From a virus (taxonomy: Duplodnaviria > Caudoviricetes), in IMG/VR virus record IMGVR_UViG_3300047300_000852, positions 1-58,353 of that record: 58,353 nucleotides of DNA. One strand, 5' to 3'. Positions 57,042-58,353 of the stretch are shown piece after piece (position 1 is the stretch's first letter; each line of letters begins with the position of its first letter). A program made the translations under genes and the position numbers. The notes under the pieces were generated by a model that did not search any database, had not been told where the DNA came from, and worked only from the letters and a program-made list of their open reading frames with translations.

Positions 57042-57251
57042 CTACGCCATCGCCTCAATGGTTTTCACCGCTTGATCGATCTGCTCTTGGCTAGCCCAAC
57101 TTCCCGAACTAACCAACCACAACGTGCAATCGACAAAATCGATTGATACGGGCTGATTGTAGATTTCTGCGAACCAGTTCGTGACTTCCTCAGTGCTCGC
57201 ATTGCAAAGGCAGTTGTTCAACCAATCTTGACAAATTACGCCAGTTTCCAT
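57042..57251 (-). CDS. Early hypothetical protein
   Basis: AAAGGA RBS; start moved to ATG 57251. Confidence 0.65.
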   Translation of the reverse strand: METGVICQDWLNNCLCNASTEEVTNWFAEIYNQPVSIDFVDCTLWLVSSGSWASQEQIDQAVKTIEAMA

Positions 57252-57305
57252 GATTCCAATCCTTTTCTGAGACTTCCAACACAACGGGGATCATTTCCCC
57301 TCACA

Positions 57306-57340
57306 TATACCTAGGCTTACTTTCGAATCCCACTAGGCGC
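57306..57340 (-). promoter_or_regulatory. Early-class promoter
   Basis: GCGCCTAG-N16-GCCTAGGTATA. Confidence 0.75.
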
Positions 57341-57363
57341 AGAATCCAAAAACTTTTCTTGGT

Positions 57364-57415
57364 ACCCATACGCCCGAAGGCGTTTCGCTGGAATTTCACC
57401 AGCTCATCAGTGGGC
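57364..57415 (-). ncRNA. Type I hammerhead ribozyme
   Basis: GCCCA CUGAUGA GCUGG-UGAAAUU-CCAGC GAAA CGCC-UUCG-GGCG UA UGGGU; canonical core. Confidence 0.92.
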
Positions 57416-57690
57416 TAGCAGTACCAAACTTGCACTTCGGTGTAGTTGGCTTTGGCGTAGGCCAGGGTGCTTTCGAACGTCGCGTTGGTGTCCTTGTTGA
57501 CAGCCTTGACCACGCTACCCGATCCGTCAACGACCTGAATCAACTCACCGCCGTTTCCGGTCATTTGCCAAATCTCCACAGTTTTTCCGGCTTTGTTACG
57601 GCAGGTGAAGTGCCGCCAGCCGTTTTTGCGAGTGTGATCGTTAGCCTTACTTGCTGGGGAGATACCGCGATTTGTTGCTACGTTATCCAT
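57415..57690 (-). CDS. Early hypothetical protein
   Basis: AAAGG RBS; start moved to ATG 57690. Confidence 0.7.
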   Translation of the reverse strand: MDNVATNRGISPASKANDHTRKNGWRHFTCRNKAGKTVEIWQMTGNGGELIQVVDGSGSVVKAVNKDTNATFESTLAYAKANYTEVQVWYC

Positions 57691-57741
57691 GATTTCTACC
57701 TTTTCAGAGTTACAACACACGGGCAACGTTTTGCCCTCATA

Positions 57742-57776
57742 CATACCTAGGCAGATTACGCCGACGAACTAGGCGC
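57742..57776 (-). promoter_or_regulatory. Early-class promoter
   Basis: GCGCCTAG-N16-GCCTAGGTATG. Confidence 0.75.
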
Positions 57777-57906
57777 GGACAGGTAATTTTATTTCCAAAA
57801 AGTGGAAACGTTTCCAGCGCCTAGATCATTTTCCCAATGTTTTCATTGGTCGGACGTTTTCAGACTCGCAGAAAAAAAGAACGTTACTTTTTTCTTGATT
57901 GACCGC

Positions 57907-58311
57907 CTAGCTACCCGTTTGGGGGGGGGTGATGAACGCCTTAACGACTTGCTCAACATCTTTTGCGAGCGGCATCCAAAATTCGCCTTTTCGGTCGAAT
58001 CCAGAAAACCTCATCCCTTCCAAAGTCGCAGCGTTCTGAAACCAAAACCGAAAGCTTTGTTCGGACCACCTACCCCTCAAGTCTTGCATCACCAGGGAGC
58101 AAACGAGTTTTTTGCCGAGATCCCATCGTGGCCGAACCCCTTCGCAATCTCGCTTGATCCTATCGAGAACAGCTATTTGCAAATGACTCAAACCGTAACC
58201 ACGCCATTCGCACTCACGTTCTGCCTGCCTGATTCTAGCCTCGATTGTTTTTTTGCTAGTGCCTTTTTTCGCCATCACTTCGCCTTGATTTTTCTTGAGT
58301 TCTGCGCGCAC
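57907..58311 (-). CDS. Hypothetical protein downstream of the structured RNA
   Basis: ORF; start either GTG 58311 or ATG 58275. Confidence 0.6.
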   Translation of the reverse strand: MRAELKKNQGEVMAKKGTSKKTIEARIRQAERECEWRGYGLSHLQIAVLDRIKRDCEGVRPRWDLGKKLVCSLVMQDLRGRWSEQSFRFWFQNAATLEGMRFSGFDRKGEFWMPLAKDVEQVVKAFITPPQTGS

Positions 58312-58353
58312 CCGTTTCTAATTGTTCCTTGGACACAAGTCTAAGGATTTCGG

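Larger units (their letters stand above)
1851..57816. repeat. Dispersed class A palindrome TGGAAACGTTTCCA (20 perfect copies)
   Basis: Starts at 1851, 3708, 8004, 13830, 13885, 18939, 24752, 27718, 31014, 31769, 33689, 38331, 41684, 43611, 47500, 51052, 52478, 53604, 56236, 57803. One-mismatch copies at 24785, 33631, 36578. Confidence 0.97.
2006..57893. repeat. Dispersed class B palindrome, consensus AAAAAAG(T/C/G)AACGTT(A/G)CTTTTTT (~20 degenerate copies)
   Basis: Near 2006, 2161, 12645, 13859, 19018, 20194, 27402, 29810, 32259, 33286, 33797, 37051, 42188, 43802, 47707, 49294, 53641, 54579, 56149, 57872; mostly at gene junctions. Confidence 0.9.

Noticed and set aside
1851-57816. Repeats as a CRISPR array, att sites or canonical parS
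   Set aside because: Dispersed 14-mers with no repeat-spacer periodicity, no cas or recombinase gene recognised, and the sequence differs from TGTTTCACGTGAAACA
57920-57929. Poly-G run as a phase-variation tract
   Set aside because: It lies in the last few codons of the ORF, so slippage would change little; no other support
563-58311. Stop-codon recoding (TAG readthrough)
   Set aside because: Conserved genes are intact under the standard code, TAG ends genes at sensible places, and no CUA-anticodon tRNA was found

Overview
The window looks like an essentially complete, probably circular genome of a tailed dsDNA phage of siphovirus type. Almost every gene is on the minus strand; the one convincing plus-strand CDS is an HTH protein at 26306. 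Several small protein families suggest a Planctomycetota host (inference). Reading the minus strand from right to left: early cassettes, a Ycf46-like AAA ATPase module, RecE/ERF recombination genes, ParB-like protein, helicases, RusA, an ECF-type sigma factor, two DNA methyltransferases, TerS, an intein-containing TerL, an accessory block with a beta-clamp, portal/head/tail genes, and a putative lysis block ending in a papain-like protease. I saw no integrase, DNA polymerase, primase or classical endolysin. The non-coding layer is unusually rich. It has 20 perfect copies of the palindrome TGGAAACGTTTCCA spread over the genome, about 20 copies of a second A-tract-flanked AACGTT palindrome that often lies near the first, three fixed-spacing promoter classes, two hammerhead ribozymes, a family of non-canonical tRNA-like RNAs, and a promoter-plus-terminator antisense RNA facing a structured RNA that spans the window ends. 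It also has a -1 frameshift with a stimulatory hairpin and an endonuclease VII gene overprinted inside the TerL intein. All protein calls come from motif recognition by eye; no searches were run.
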